From positions 1-64,000 of the forward strand of contig CAXXVO010000004.1 of the NCBI GenBank assembly GCA_963422645.2: 64,000 bases of DNA, read 5' to 3'. This DNA is from Alphaproteobacteria bacterium. Lineage in GTDB: Bacteria > Pseudomonadota > Alphaproteobacteria > UBA828. Below the pieces are notes generated by a model, which worked only from the letters and a program-made list of their open reading frames with translations, was not told where the DNA came from and ran no database searches. Position numbers and translations under genes: made by a program. Shown in pieces: positions 1-9,568 of the stretch (positions within the stretch are counted from its first letter, which is position 1; each line of letters opens with the position of its first letter).

Positions 1-8
1 GCCACTCC

Positions 9-599
9 ATGCTTTGCAACGCCCTGGTCTGGGCCTGGCTGCGCGAGGTCGATGAGGCCGAGGCGGCGCGCTGCCGCGAGGCGGGCTGCCGACACTGCCC
101 CGGCAAGCTGCACAGCGCGACGTATCCGCGCAAGCCGTACGGTCTGGCAGCCGAGTTGAGGGAAGAGGGCACGCGGCGGTTCAGCTTCTGCTGCGCGGAT
201 TGCCGCCTGCGAGCGACCCCACCATCGGTACGATTCTTCGGGCGCCGCTTTTATCTGGGCGCCCTGTTCGTTCTGTTGAGTGCACTGGTTCTGAGAGGCG
301 GGGTGCGGTTGCAGACGATCAAGCGGAAGTGGGGGGTCTCGGTCGCCACACTGCGCCGCTGGCGGAAGTGGTGGCTGGAGGCGTTCCCGGCGACGGAGCC
401 CTGGGGAGCGAAGCGTGGCGAACTGGTGATGCCACCCGAGGAGGTGCCGCTGCTCTTCGTGCTGCGGCAGATGCGGGGCGGACGCTTCGGTGAGCGTCTG
501 TTCCTGAGCCTGATCTGGTTCAAGCCGTGGACGGGCTATTGCGGGCTCGGCGATGGCTCGGCGCCGCCCGCAGAAAGTGTTCCTGTCACGCCCGGATAG
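9..599 (+). CDS. Cys-rich (zinc-ribbon-like) transposon accessory protein; true start may lie just outside the window
   Basis: CxxC pairs (CRHC, CADC); lies directly upstream of the DDE transposase. Confidence 0.65.
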   Translation: MLCNALVWAWLREVDEAEAARCREAGCRHCPGKLHSATYPRKPYGLAAELREEGTRRFSFCCADCRLRATPPSVRFFGRRFYLGALFVLLSALVLRGGVRLQTIKRKWGVSVATLRRWRKWWLEAFPATEPWGAKRGELVMPPEEVPLLFVLRQMRGGRFGERLFLSLIWFKPWTGYCGLGDGSAPPAESVPVTPG

Positions 600-648
600 G
601 GCGTTCTACATGGGCATCTCTCCGATGCGGCGAGGGAGGGATGCCGGA

Positions 649-2124
649 ATGGACAAGGACGACGCAGGCGCCAGGCGCGAGAAGTGGGCCCGGCTGCGCT
701 TTGCGGTGGTGGGGCCGCTTCTGGCTTCACCGCCGCCTGCAGGCCAGCTGGGGGCCGAGTTCGAGCGTCTGTCGCAGCGCGACTGGGAGCACCCGTCGGG
801 CAAGGGGCCGGTGCGCTTTGCGGCCTCGACGATCGAGCGCTGGTACTACCGGGCGCGGGCAGAGGAGCAGGACCCGGTCAAGGCGCTGCGCCGGAAGCCT
901 CGGACCGACGTCGGCCGCGAGCGGTCCATGTCGGCGGGGCTGATCGCGGCGCTGCGCGAGCAGTACCGGGTCCATCCCTCGTGGGCGGCGCAGCTCCACT
1001 ACGAGACCCTCAAGGCTCATGTTGCGACCCATCCCGAGCTCGGCCCGATGCCGTCCTACGCGACGCTGACGCGGGCGATGCGCAATCGCGGCCTGGTGCG
1101 CGAGCGCCCCAGGAAGTGGCACGAGGGTGAGGACAAGCCGGCGGTCGAAGCCCGCGAGGTCCTTAGCTACGAGGTGTCTCGCAGTCACGCGCTGTGGCAC
1201 GGGGACTTCCACCACGGCAAGCGCCGCGTGCTGACGGCGTCGGGCGAATGGCAGACGCCCATCCTGCTCGGCTTCCTCGACGACCACTCCAGGCTTGGCT
1301 GCCACCTGCAGTGGTACCTGGAGGAGACCGCCGAGGTCTTCGTCCACGGGCTCTGTCAGGCCTTCATGAAGAGGGACTTGCCCAGGTCCCTGCTGACCGA
1401 CAACGGCGGGCCGATGACGGCGGGCGAGGTCGAGGAGGGCTTGCACCGCCTCGGCATCGTGGGGGCCACGACACTCGCTTACAGCCCCCATCAAAATGGA
1501 AAAATCGAGTCGTTCTGGGGCACGGTCGAGGGCCGCCTGATGGCTCAGCTCGAAGGCGTCGACGCGCTCACCCTGAAGATGCTCAACGACGCCACCATAG
1601 CCTGGCTGGAGCAGGACTACCATCGGCGGGTGCACCGCGAGCTCGGCATGACGCCGCATGAACGCCTCGCCGGGAGCGTCAAGGCATCGAGGCCCTGCCC
1701 CGCCTCGGACGAGCTCAAGGCGGCCTTCCGCATCGCCAGGAAGCGCACGCTCAGGCGCTCGGACGGCACCGTCTCGGTCGAGGGCATCCGCTACCAGGTG
1801 CCACAGCCGTGGCGCCACCTGAGGACGCTCTGGGTCCGCTATGCGCGCTGGGACCTCAGCGGCGTCGATCTGGTGGAAGGCCGAAGCGGCGAGCGGCTGT
1901 GCACGCTGTACCCCCTCGACAAGCGCGGCAACGCCGATGGCGTCCGCCGTCCTGCGAGACCCGGCAGCGACCATGGCGGCGCCAGCGCGGGCGTCGGCGA
2001 ACTTCCGCCGCTGCTCAAGGGCGTGCTCGACGCCCAGGCCGCAACAGGCCTGCCGCCGGCCTGGGTACCCCATAACAAGACGCCCGGTCCGGGCGAGGAC
2101 GACGATCAGGGAGATCCGTCATGA
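649..2124 (+). CDS. DDE-type integrase/transposase (IS481/Mu-like rve core)
   Basis: WHGDFHH, FLDDHSR, LLTDNG and QNGKIESFW motifs; N-terminal HTH (STIERWY); RBS GGGAGG before ATG 649. Confidence 0.92.
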   Translation: MDKDDAGARREKWARLRFAVVGPLLASPPPAGQLGAEFERLSQRDWEHPSGKGPVRFAASTIERWYYRARAEEQDPVKALRRKPRTDVGRERSMSAGLIAALREQYRVHPSWAAQLHYETLKAHVATHPELGPMPSYATLTRAMRNRGLVRERPRKWHEGEDKPAVEAREVLSYEVSRSHALWHGDFHHGKRRVLTASGEWQTPILLGFLDDHSRLGCHLQWYLEETAEVFVHGLCQAFMKRDLPRSLLTDNGGPMTAGEVEEGLHRLGIVGATTLAYSPHQNGKIESFWGTVEGRLMAQLEGVDALTLKMLNDATIAWLEQDYHRRVHRELGMTPHERLAGSVKASRPCPASDELKAAFRIARKRTLRRSDGTVSVEGIRYQVPQPWRHLRTLWVRYARWDLSGVDLVEGRSGERLCTLYPLDKRGNADGVRRPARPGSDHGGASAGVGELPPLLKGVLDAQAATGLPPAWVPHNKTPGPGEDDDQGDPS

Positions 2125-2954
2125 ACCGCGAGCTGCTCACCTTCTACGGGCTCAAATGGAACCCCTTCGCCACCGACCTTCCGGTCGACAGCCTCATGGT
2201 GAGCCCCGCCGTCGACAGCTTCTGCCTCAGAATCGAGCATCATCTTGTGCGCCAGGGCGGCTTCGCGTTGATCGCCGGCGAGCCCGGCACCGGAAAGAGC
2301 GTGGCGTTGCGCGTGCTCGCCGACCGCCTCGGCCGCTCGGACGGGCTCAGGGTCTGTGCCATCACCCACCCCTCTTCCAGGCTGTCCGACTTCTACCGCG
2401 AGATCGGCGGGATGTTCGGCGTCGACCTGATGTACAACAACCGCTGGGCCAGCTTCAAAAACCTGCGCGAGCGATGGCTCACCCATGTCGACGACACCCG
2501 CATGCGGCCCGTGGTGCTCATCGACGAGGCCCAGGAGCTGCTGCCCTCGGTGATCTCCGAGATCCGCCTGCTGGCGTCCACCGACTTCGACTCGCGCGCC
2601 ATCCTCTCGGTCGTCTTCGCCGGCGACAGCCGCCTGATCGACAGGCTCCGCCAGCCCGACTTGCAGCCCATCGCCTCGCGCCTGCGCCAGCGCCTGGTCA
2701 TGACCCAGGCAGACGCCGGCGACCTCGCGGCCCTGCTCGACCATCTGGTCGAGCAGGCCGGCAATCCGGGCCTCATGAGCGCAGAGCTCAAGGACACCCT
2801 GGTCACCCACGCCGGCGGCAACCCCAGGGCGCTTACCGTCATGGGCGACATGCTGCTCGCCGCCGGCGCCGAGAAGAACCGCGAGGTTCTCGACGAGAAG
2901 CTCTTCATGGAGATCCTGGGCGAGCCCGCCAAGCCGAAGAGGGCACGGCGGTGA
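2121..2954 (+). CDS. ExeA-family AAA+ ATPase (transposition helper, TnsC/MuB-like role)
   Basis: FYGLKWNPF N-terminus, Walker A GEPGTGKS, Walker B VLIDEAQ, GGNPR motif. Confidence 0.92.
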   Translation: MNRELLTFYGLKWNPFATDLPVDSLMVSPAVDSFCLRIEHHLVRQGGFALIAGEPGTGKSVALRVLADRLGRSDGLRVCAITHPSSRLSDFYREIGGMFGVDLMYNNRWASFKNLRERWLTHVDDTRMRPVVLIDEAQELLPSVISEIRLLASTDFDSRAILSVVFAGDSRLIDRLRQPDLQPIASRLRQRLVMTQADAGDLAALLDHLVEQAGNPGLMSAELKDTLVTHAGGNPRALTVMGDMLLAAGAEKNREVLDEKLFMEILGEPAKPKRARR

Positions 2955-3949
2955 AGGGCTTCCCGACACGGGCGCCGATGCAGCTCGAGGATCGCCCCCG
3001 GGCGCAACAGTGGATGGTGGACACGCTGTGGGCCGAGCAGGCCGTGGGCATCGTCGGCGGCGAGCCCAAGTGCGGCAAATCCCTGCTCGCGCTCGATCTC
3101 GCCGTCGCCGTGGCCACCGGCGTCCCATGCCTGCGCCACTACCGCCCCAGCGCAAGCGGCACCGTGCTGCTCTTCGCCGCCGAGGACGCCGGCCACAGGG
3201 TGCGCAAGCGTCTGCAGGGGATCGCCCGCGCCGCCGCCACCCCCTTCGACGAACTCGACATCGCCGTCATCGACGTGCCCACCCTGCGTCTCGACCGGCC
3301 CGGCGACCGTCAACGCCTGCAGCAGACCGTGGAGCGCATCGAACCGCGCCTCCTGATCCTCGATCCCCTGGTCCGCCTGCACAGCGTCGACGAGAACGCC
3401 GTCGCAGAGATCGCCCCCATCCTCGGCTTCCTGCGCGAACTGCAGCGCCGCTTCGAAACCGCCGTCCTCCTCGTCCACCACGCCCGCAAGAGCGGCGGCA
3501 CCCGGCCGGGGCAGGCCCTGCGCGGGAGCAGCGAGCTGCACGCTTGGGGTGACTCAAATCTGTACCTGCGCCGGCGCGACAAGAAGATCGTCATGACGGT
3601 CGAGCAGCGCGACGCCCGGGGCCTCAACGACATCGAGCTGGAACTCGTCGACGGCGGACATGGGCCGGCCTTCCGTCTGCACCAGGACGCGGCAGATGAA
3701 GACAGGCACGAGCCCGCCACCGTCGAGCAGCGCGTCTTCAAGGCGATCGAGCAGGCCGAAAAGCCGCTCTCGAAAGCCCAGATCCGCTCACGCGCCGCTG
3801 CCCGCAACGCCACCGTCGTTGCCGCCATCGAGAGCCTCACCAGGGAGGGGCGCATCGAACGGGCGCCCAGGGGTGGCTATCGCCTCGCAGCCGCCGAGGC
3901 GCACCGGGAGCCGCAATCCCCTGCCGCCATCAACGGAAGTGCGGGATGA
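2951..3949 (+). CDS. RecA-fold ATPase (AAA_25 / RepA-type helicase) with C-terminal winged helix
   Basis: GEPKCGKS, LFAAED, LLILDPL, VHHARK and RGSS motifs; GTG at 2951 overlaps the upstream TGA. Confidence 0.85.
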   Translation: MKGFPTRAPMQLEDRPRAQQWMVDTLWAEQAVGIVGGEPKCGKSLLALDLAVAVATGVPCLRHYRPSASGTVLLFAAEDAGHRVRKRLQGIARAAATPFDELDIAVIDVPTLRLDRPGDRQRLQQTVERIEPRLLILDPLVRLHSVDENAVAEIAPILGFLRELQRRFETAVLLVHHARKSGGTRPGQALRGSSELHAWGDSNLYLRRRDKKIVMTVEQRDARGLNDIELELVDGGHGPAFRLHQDAADEDRHEPATVEQRVFKAIEQAEKPLSKAQIRSRAAARNATVVAAIESLTREGRIERAPRGGYRLAAAEAHREPQSPAAINGSAG

Positions 3950-4010
3950 GGCGTTCCCGTTCCCGTTCCCGGAACTCTTAAGCGTTGAAGGGTACAGGAA
4001 CGGGAACGCC
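3950..4010. repeat. 14-bp perfect inverted repeat with tandem GTTCCC units
   Basis: GGCGTTCCCGTTCC (3950-3963) and GGAACGGGAACGCC (3997-4010); GTTCCC occurs three times in tandem. Confidence 0.85.
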
Positions 4011-4051
4011 GTCAGCCTCCCTTCCAAGCAGACCTTCGCCGGGACCCGGCA

Positions 4052-4921
4052 ATGAGCGGCGGCGATCCCCTGGCCACCTGCCGCAACATCCCCCTCGACC
4101 GGGTCGCCGCCGCCCTCGGCTACCGCAGAGACCCGACCGACCGGGCGCGCTTCAAGCGCGGGGGCTCGGTCATCAGCATCAACGGCGAGAAGTTCTTCGA
4201 TCACCTGCGCGGCACGGGAGGGGGTGGCGCCATCGACCTCGTCATCCATGCGACGGGATGCCGCTTCCCGGAAGCCCTCCGCTTCCTCGGAAGCCATGAG
4301 GGGCGGAGGGAGATCACCACCATCCCAGCCGCCCCGCGACGCCTGCGGCTGCCAAGGCCCAGTCCCCGCGCCTGGCCCAGGGTCCGGGACGCCCTCATCC
4401 GCCAACGCGCTATCGGCACCGACGTGCTCGAAGCCTGCCACGGCCGAGGCCTCCTCTACGCCGATGACAGGATCAACGCCGTCTTCATCTGCCGAAACGC
4501 CAGCGGGCACACGACCGGCGCCGAGATCCTCGGCACCGCGCCGCAGCCCGGAACAAAACGCTTCAGGGGCATGGCCCCGGGATCGCGCAAGGCGCGTGGC
4601 GGCTTCTGGCTCCACTGCGACCGAAACCAGCCCGCCCTCGTCATCCTCACCGAGAGCGCCGTCGACGCCATCTCTGCACGAAGCCTGCGCGTCGAGGGGA
4701 CGCGCGAGAACGGCGCCGTCGTCGCCTCAACCGCCGGCATCGCCAGCTCGGTCCCGCCCTGGATCAAGGAGTGGAAGCCACGTCGCATCGTCTGTGCCTA
4801 CGACGCAGACAGCGCCGGCGACACTGCCGCCGAGCATCTCGTGCTCAACGATCCAAGGGTGAAAAGGTTGCGCCCACGACACGCCAAGGACTGGAACGAG
4901 ATGCTCCTGCGGTCTCGATGA
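4052..4921 (+). CDS. DUF3991/TOPRIM primase-like protein
   Basis: GGGGAIDLV, TESAVDAIS, AYDADSAG and terminal KDWNE motifs. Confidence 0.85.
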   Translation: MSGGDPLATCRNIPLDRVAAALGYRRDPTDRARFKRGGSVISINGEKFFDHLRGTGGGGAIDLVIHATGCRFPEALRFLGSHEGRREITTIPAAPRRLRLPRPSPRAWPRVRDALIRQRAIGTDVLEACHGRGLLYADDRINAVFICRNASGHTTGAEILGTAPQPGTKRFRGMAPGSRKARGGFWLHCDRNQPALVILTESAVDAISARSLRVEGTRENGAVVASTAGIASSVPPWIKEWKPRRIVCAYDADSAGDTAAEHLVLNDPRVKRLRPRHAKDWNEMLLRSR

Positions 4922-5020
4922 AAGCCAGGCCACTCACCGCTCTCGCAGATCAACCAAGCGCCGCATCACGAACATCAAATAATCCGAAAACCGCACCATC
5001 AAATGCTGGGCGCACGCTCA

Positions 5021-5212
5021 ATCGCCACCGCTCGAAAACAGCGCTGGAATGTCCTCGAAACCCTGGCGCACCCCGATCCAATCCAGCTGATCCCCGTATT
5101 GCGCTTCTGAAATCCTGCGCTGCTCCGGGAAAGCGCCGCCTGACCCCTGGCTGGTCAGAACCATCAATCCATCACGTCCGAGTGCTCGGCAGAATCAGAC
5201 CTGGGCAGTTAC
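5021..5212 (+). mobile_element. IS66 remnant: tnpC C-terminus (5021-5110) and right terminal IR
   Basis: Translates IATARKQRWNVLETL, like ITTARKQGWNIIEAL in the IS66 at 51535-53423. It ends GACCTGGGCAGTTAC, the reverse complement of that element's left end. Confidence 0.85.
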
Positions 5213-5341
5213 CTATCATCCTTGCCAATTGCACCCATTCCAAGGTCCTTGTACGACCTGCTGCGGACCTCAGCGACGAGAGCGAAGGCGACTGACTGGG
5301 TTAACCGGTTTGCTACGCCACACCAAAGGGGAGGAATATCG

Positions 5342-6538
5342 ATGAGCAAGACCAACTCGAAATCGGAGACGACGCGTCGTCGCGTATCGCGGCGGAGCGT
5401 GCTCAAGGGTGCTGCGGCGTTGACGGCCGCCGGGTTCACCTGGAAGAGCATCGGTCCTTTCGTGCGTGACGCGGAGGCGGCGACGCTGGAGCTGCGCTGG
5501 CTCGGCTGGGAGCACTACAACGTCAAGAGCCTGACCGCCGAGTTCGAGAACCGGCACGACGTCAAGGTCAGCGCCGGGTTCTTCGACGGTAATTCCGAAG
5601 CCTGGAACAAGCTCAGGGCCGGTGGTACCCAGGATTTCGACCTGGTGATGGCCGACGGATTCTGGCCGCGCCTCTATGCCAAACAGGGGCTGGTCCAACC
5701 CGTCGACTATTCGAAGTTGGATCTGAGCAACGTGTTCGATGACTTCGTGCCTCCCAAATTCACGCTGCTGCGTGCGGAGGACAGCGAGGACATGATTGCC
5801 GCGCCCAACTGCTGGGGCGGGTATGGCCTCACGGTCAACATGGACAAGGTTGCGGCCGAGGATCAGGAGTCGGTGAACCTTCTGTTCGACGAAAAGTACG
5901 AAGGGCATCTTTCGACCAGTGCCCGCTTCGAGGAGAACATTGCGTTGGCCGGCATTCTCGCCGCGCACAACATGGGCACGCAGGACGGCCCGCGGCCCGA
6001 CGGTAAGACCTTCAACCCCTACGTGCTCACGGACGAGGAGCTCGAAGAGTGCAAGCGCCTCCTGATCAAGCAGAAGGGGTTGCTGGTTAATCGCTGGAAC
6101 GACGAGGACACCCTGGAGCGGCTCCTGCGCGCCCAGGTGGTGTGGGCGTCGCCCGAGTGGTCCGGAATCTACCGGCGCATTCACTTCGACAAGCTGGACG
6201 GCAAGTCGGATCTCAACATGCGCCACGTCCTCAAGCCAACGGAAGGCGGACTCGGATGGGTGGACCAGTGGTCCATCACCTCGGGCGTAACCGACAGCGA
6301 GAAGATGGAGATCGCGCACAAGTGGATCGACTTCCGGCTCGAGCGCGAGGCCATGAAAACGGTGGCGGTCGAAATCGGCTGGGCGCCCACCGTCGACGTT
6401 CGCGACATGCTGCCGGAGCGCTACGTCGAAACCTTGTTCCTCAACGAGACCGACGCTGTTCACGGCCTCTATCAGTTCGACGCGCCTTCATCACCCGAGA
6501 AATGGGAGCGCATCTGGTCGGCAGTGGAAGCGGCCTAG
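5342..6538 (+). CDS. PotD/PotF-like ABC substrate-binding protein with Tat signal
   Basis: SRRSVLKG twin-arginine motif; KLRAGG..FDLV and EGGLGWVDQW; RBS GGAGG. Confidence 0.88.
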   Translation: MSKTNSKSETTRRRVSRRSVLKGAAALTAAGFTWKSIGPFVRDAEAATLELRWLGWEHYNVKSLTAEFENRHDVKVSAGFFDGNSEAWNKLRAGGTQDFDLVMADGFWPRLYAKQGLVQPVDYSKLDLSNVFDDFVPPKFTLLRAEDSEDMIAAPNCWGGYGLTVNMDKVAAEDQESVNLLFDEKYEGHLSTSARFEENIALAGILAAHNMGTQDGPRPDGKTFNPYVLTDEELEECKRLLIKQKGLLVNRWNDEDTLERLLRAQVVWASPEWSGIYRRIHFDKLDGKSDLNMRHVLKPTEGGLGWVDQWSITSGVTDSEKMEIAHKWIDFRLEREAMKTVAVEIGWAPTVDVRDMLPERYVETLFLNETDAVHGLYQFDAPSSPEKWERIWSAVEAA

Positions 6539-6563
6539 GCCGGATACTTCACAACAAGACGGC

Positions 6564-6599
6564 GCAGAGGGACCGGGCCCCACGATCCGGTCCCTCTGC
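6564..6599 (+). terminator. Intercistronic 13-bp stem-loop after the binding-protein gene (mRNA stabiliser or partial terminator)
   Basis: GCAGAGGGACCGG ... CCGGTCCCTCTGC; no U-tract. Confidence 0.55.
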
Positions 6600-6683
6600 C
6601 AGAGTGCCGACGTTGCTCGCCCAACCGCGAAACGATTGTGCGGCGCTCTTGGCGACGGTCAGGGTAACGGGTAACTGGGCGCG

Positions 6684-7778
6684 ATGAGCGACCAGGCCAT
6701 CCTGCGCATCGAGGCGGTCGAGAAGCGCTTCGGCGCGGTTCGTGCGGTCGACGGCGTGAGCCTGGAGATCGGCAGCCGCGAGTTCTTTGCGCTGCTGGGG
6801 CCCAGCGGCTCGGGCAAGACCACACTGCTGCGCATCGTATCGGGCCTGGAAACGCCCGATCAGGGCCGCGTGGAGATCGGCGGCACCGACGTCACGGCGC
6901 TGCCCCCCTATCTGCGCCGCATCGGCATGGTCTTCCAGGACTTCCTCCTGTTCCCGCACCGCACAGTGGCGGAGAACATCACCTTTCCGCTCAAGATGCA
7001 GGGCCGGAGCGTGGCCGAGCGGCAGGAACAACTCGACTGGATCCTCGGGTTCGTCCACATGGAAGGGCTCGGCGAGCGCTTTCCCCACCAGCTCTCCGGC
7101 GGCCAGAAGCAGCGGGTCGCGCTCGCGCGGGGACTGATCGCGCGGCCCGAGCTTTTGCTGCTCGACGAGCCCTTGGCCAACCTCGACCGGGAACTGCGCA
7201 AGGAGATGGAAATCGAGGTGCGCCGCTACCAGGAAGAGCTGGGCATCCCCTTCGTCTATGTGACCCACAACCAGGAAGAGGCGCTCACCATGAGCGACCG
7301 CATGGCGGTGATGCACCAGGGCGTGCTGGAGCAGATCGGACCCAAGCTGGAAGTCTACAACGCGCCTGCCACGCGCTTCGTCGCCTCCTTCGTCGGCGCG
7401 CCGAACAAGCTCTCCGGGCGCGTGATGGAGGGTGAGGGCGAGCGCCTCCGCATCGACTGGGGCGGCATCACGCTGACTGGACGCGCCGCGGGCGGCGCCC
7501 GGCCGGGCGATGCGGTGGAAATCTATCTCAAGAGCGAACGCATCGCGCTCAGCGCCGCGACGGAGGGCATTCCGCACGAGAATCGGCTCGAAGGGCTGGT
7601 GCGCGACATCATCTTCAAGGGCCAGTTCGCGGACTACATCGTGCGCGCCGACAACGATGTGGAACTGGTGGTGAGCGGGCCGACCAGCATTGCAGGGGTC
7701 GACCGAGGCTCCCGCGCGAGCCTGGGCTGGGCTGTGGAGGCGGCCGACGTCTTCACGATCGCGGATGACGCGCCGTGA
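6684..7778 (+). CDS. PotA-like ABC ATP-binding protein
   Basis: GPSGSGKT, LSGGQKQR, LLLDEP, VTHNQEEA; C-terminal TOBE-like region. Confidence 0.95.
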   Translation: MSDQAILRIEAVEKRFGAVRAVDGVSLEIGSREFFALLGPSGSGKTTLLRIVSGLETPDQGRVEIGGTDVTALPPYLRRIGMVFQDFLLFPHRTVAENITFPLKMQGRSVAERQEQLDWILGFVHMEGLGERFPHQLSGGQKQRVALARGLIARPELLLLDEPLANLDRELRKEMEIEVRRYQEELGIPFVYVTHNQEEALTMSDRMAVMHQGVLEQIGPKLEVYNAPATRFVASFVGAPNKLSGRVMEGEGERLRIDWGGITLTGRAAGGARPGDAVEIYLKSERIALSAATEGIPHENRLEGLVRDIIFKGQFADYIVRADNDVELVVSGPTSIAGVDRGSRASLGWAVEAADVFTIADDAP

Positions 7779-7851
7779 GGGTGCGCGCTGTGCCGCAATA
7801 CAGCCTCCACGTCTGCACCGCCATTCGGGAGGCGGCGGAGGACGGCGTGCC

Positions 7852-8727
7852 GTGAGGCGTCGGCGAGCGCTCCATCTCGACCCGCGCGTGCGCTTTGCGG
7901 CGCTGGTGGGGCCGGGCGCGCTTTTCATCGTCCTCTTTCTGCTGATCCCGCTGCTCTCGATCCTGGTCTTCAGCTTCTGGCGGACCGAAAACTACGAGCT
8001 GATCTCCGACTGGAACGTAAACAATTACGGGTCGGTTCTGGGTGAGTGGATCTACCTCAAGTTCCTGCTGCGCTCGCTCGCCATGGCCGCTGCGGTCTCC
8101 GCCGTCTGTCTCCTCTACGCCTGGCCCTGCGCCTACCTGATCGCCAAGCACGGCGGCCGTTACCGCCTGATTCTCGTGCTGCTGACCGCGGCGCCCTTTC
8201 TCACTGGAATCCTGCTGCGGATCACCGCGATGCAGCAGATTCTGGGGCCCATCGGGCTGGTCAACATGGCGTTGATGGAGCTGGGGGTGCAGCCCATCGA
8301 AGTGCTGATGTACACGAATATCGCGAGCGCGGTCGGTCTGATCTACCTGTGGATGCCCTTCATGTTGCTCGCGATTTACCTGTCCCTTTTCAACTTCGAG
8401 CTGCTGGAGGTGGCGAAGGTCTGTGGCGGGAGGCCGTGGCGGGCGTTCTTCGAGGTGACCTGGCCGCTCAATTGGATCGGAACCGCCATCGGAATCGTCT
8501 TGGTGTTCGTGCCCACCTTCGCCGCGTCGGTAACGCCGCGCTTCCTGGGCGGCCCGGACGGCGCGATGTTCGTCAACCGTCTCGAGCACCAGTTCGGCTC
8601 GGCCGGCACATGGGCGCTCGGCTCGGCGATGGGGGTGGTGATGTGCGTGGCCTCGCTCGTGGTCACCTTCATGCTCTGGCGCACGATTCGGCTGCGCCGC
8701 GCGGGCTTCACAGGCGCTGGGGCCTGA
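7852..8727 (+). CDS. PotB-like ABC permease
   Basis: Multiple TM segments and an EAA-like loop (LLEVAKVCGG); GTG start inferred from the RBS. Confidence 0.88.
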   Translation: MRRRRALHLDPRVRFAALVGPGALFIVLFLLIPLLSILVFSFWRTENYELISDWNVNNYGSVLGEWIYLKFLLRSLAMAAAVSAVCLLYAWPCAYLIAKHGGRYRLILVLLTAAPFLTGILLRITAMQQILGPIGLVNMALMELGVQPIEVLMYTNIASAVGLIYLWMPFMLLAIYLSLFNFELLEVAKVCGGRPWRAFFEVTWPLNWIGTAIGIVLVFVPTFAASVTPRFLGGPDGAMFVNRLEHQFGSAGTWALGSAMGVVMCVASLVVTFMLWRTIRLRRAGFTGAGA

Positions 8728-8728
8728 C

Positions 8729-9547
8729 ATGGCCGCAGTGAATCCAGGCGAGCGCTTCGTGATTAGCGGCCAGACCGTGTTGCTGCTGGTGCTCTACCTG
8801 TTCCTTTACTTCCCCATCTTCTACATCGGCTACCTCTCGGTCGTGGACAACAGCGTGTGGCCCTTCCCGCCGGAGTTCACGGGCGAGTGGTACGCGCGCC
8901 TCATGATCATGAGCGACTTCCACGCGGGCCTCCTGAACAGCGTTTTCATCGGTTTCGGCACGGCTCTGCTCTCGACGCTGTTCGCGACGACCGCCGCGAT
9001 CGGGCTTCTGCGCTATTCCGTGCGGCGGCGCGGCATCATCGTCGTCCTGTTCCTCGCGCCCCTGTTCGTGGCCCAGGTCCTGATCGGGATCTCGACCCTG
9101 ATGTTCAACCGCAACGTGCTCGGCATTCCCGGCAACATCGAATCCGCGATCGTGGCCAACACGACCTACAGCGTGTCGTTCGCGTTCCTCGTAATCCTGG
9201 CGCAGCTCGTGCGTTACGATTGGCGCTTCGACGAAGTGGCCCAGGTGTTCGGTGCGCGGCCGTTGCGCTGCTTTCGTGAGGTCACGTTCCCGAACATCTG
9301 GCCGGCCGTGCTCGGCGCCTTCATCATCAGCTTCATCTTGGGCTTCAACAATTTCGAGATCACGTTCTACAACGTGGCCGCGATCCCGACGCTCCCCACC
9401 ATCGCCTGGGGAACGTTGCGTCACGGCATCGAGCCCGAGCTTTACGCGTTGGCCACCATCGTCAACGCGCTGGTCTTCCTCCTCTTGTTCATCATTTACC
9501 TGCTGATCCGCGTCGGCGCGCTCCGGCTGGGCGTACCGGGCAAGTGA
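8729..9547 (+). CDS. PotC-like ABC permease
   Basis: TM segments; EAA-like loop DEVAQVFGA. Confidence 0.9.
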   Translation: MAAVNPGERFVISGQTVLLLVLYLFLYFPIFYIGYLSVVDNSVWPFPPEFTGEWYARLMIMSDFHAGLLNSVFIGFGTALLSTLFATTAAIGLLRYSVRRRGIIVVLFLAPLFVAQVLIGISTLMFNRNVLGIPGNIESAIVANTTYSVSFAFLVILAQLVRYDWRFDEVAQVFGARPLRCFREVTFPNIWPAVLGAFIISFILGFNNFEITFYNVAAIPTLPTIAWGTLRHGIEPELYALATIVNALVFLLLFIIYLLIRVGALRLGVPGK

Positions 9548-9568
9548 GGACCGCGACCGCGACCAAAT

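Larger units (their letters stand above)
1..5020 (+). mobile_element. Five-gene DDE transposon (left end outside window) carrying helicase and primase genes
   Basis: Co-oriented, tightly coupled ORFs (ATGA overlap at 2121, GTGA at 2951). Repeated CATCAAAT motifs at ~4973 and ~4997 and a CA end near 5014-5020, after which IS66 coding sequence resumes. Confidence 0.7.

Noticed and set aside
1841-2950. 702-aa version of the helicase ORF
   Set aside because: The upstream part overlaps the transposase and ExeA genes and is low complexity; GTG 2951 is the coupled start.
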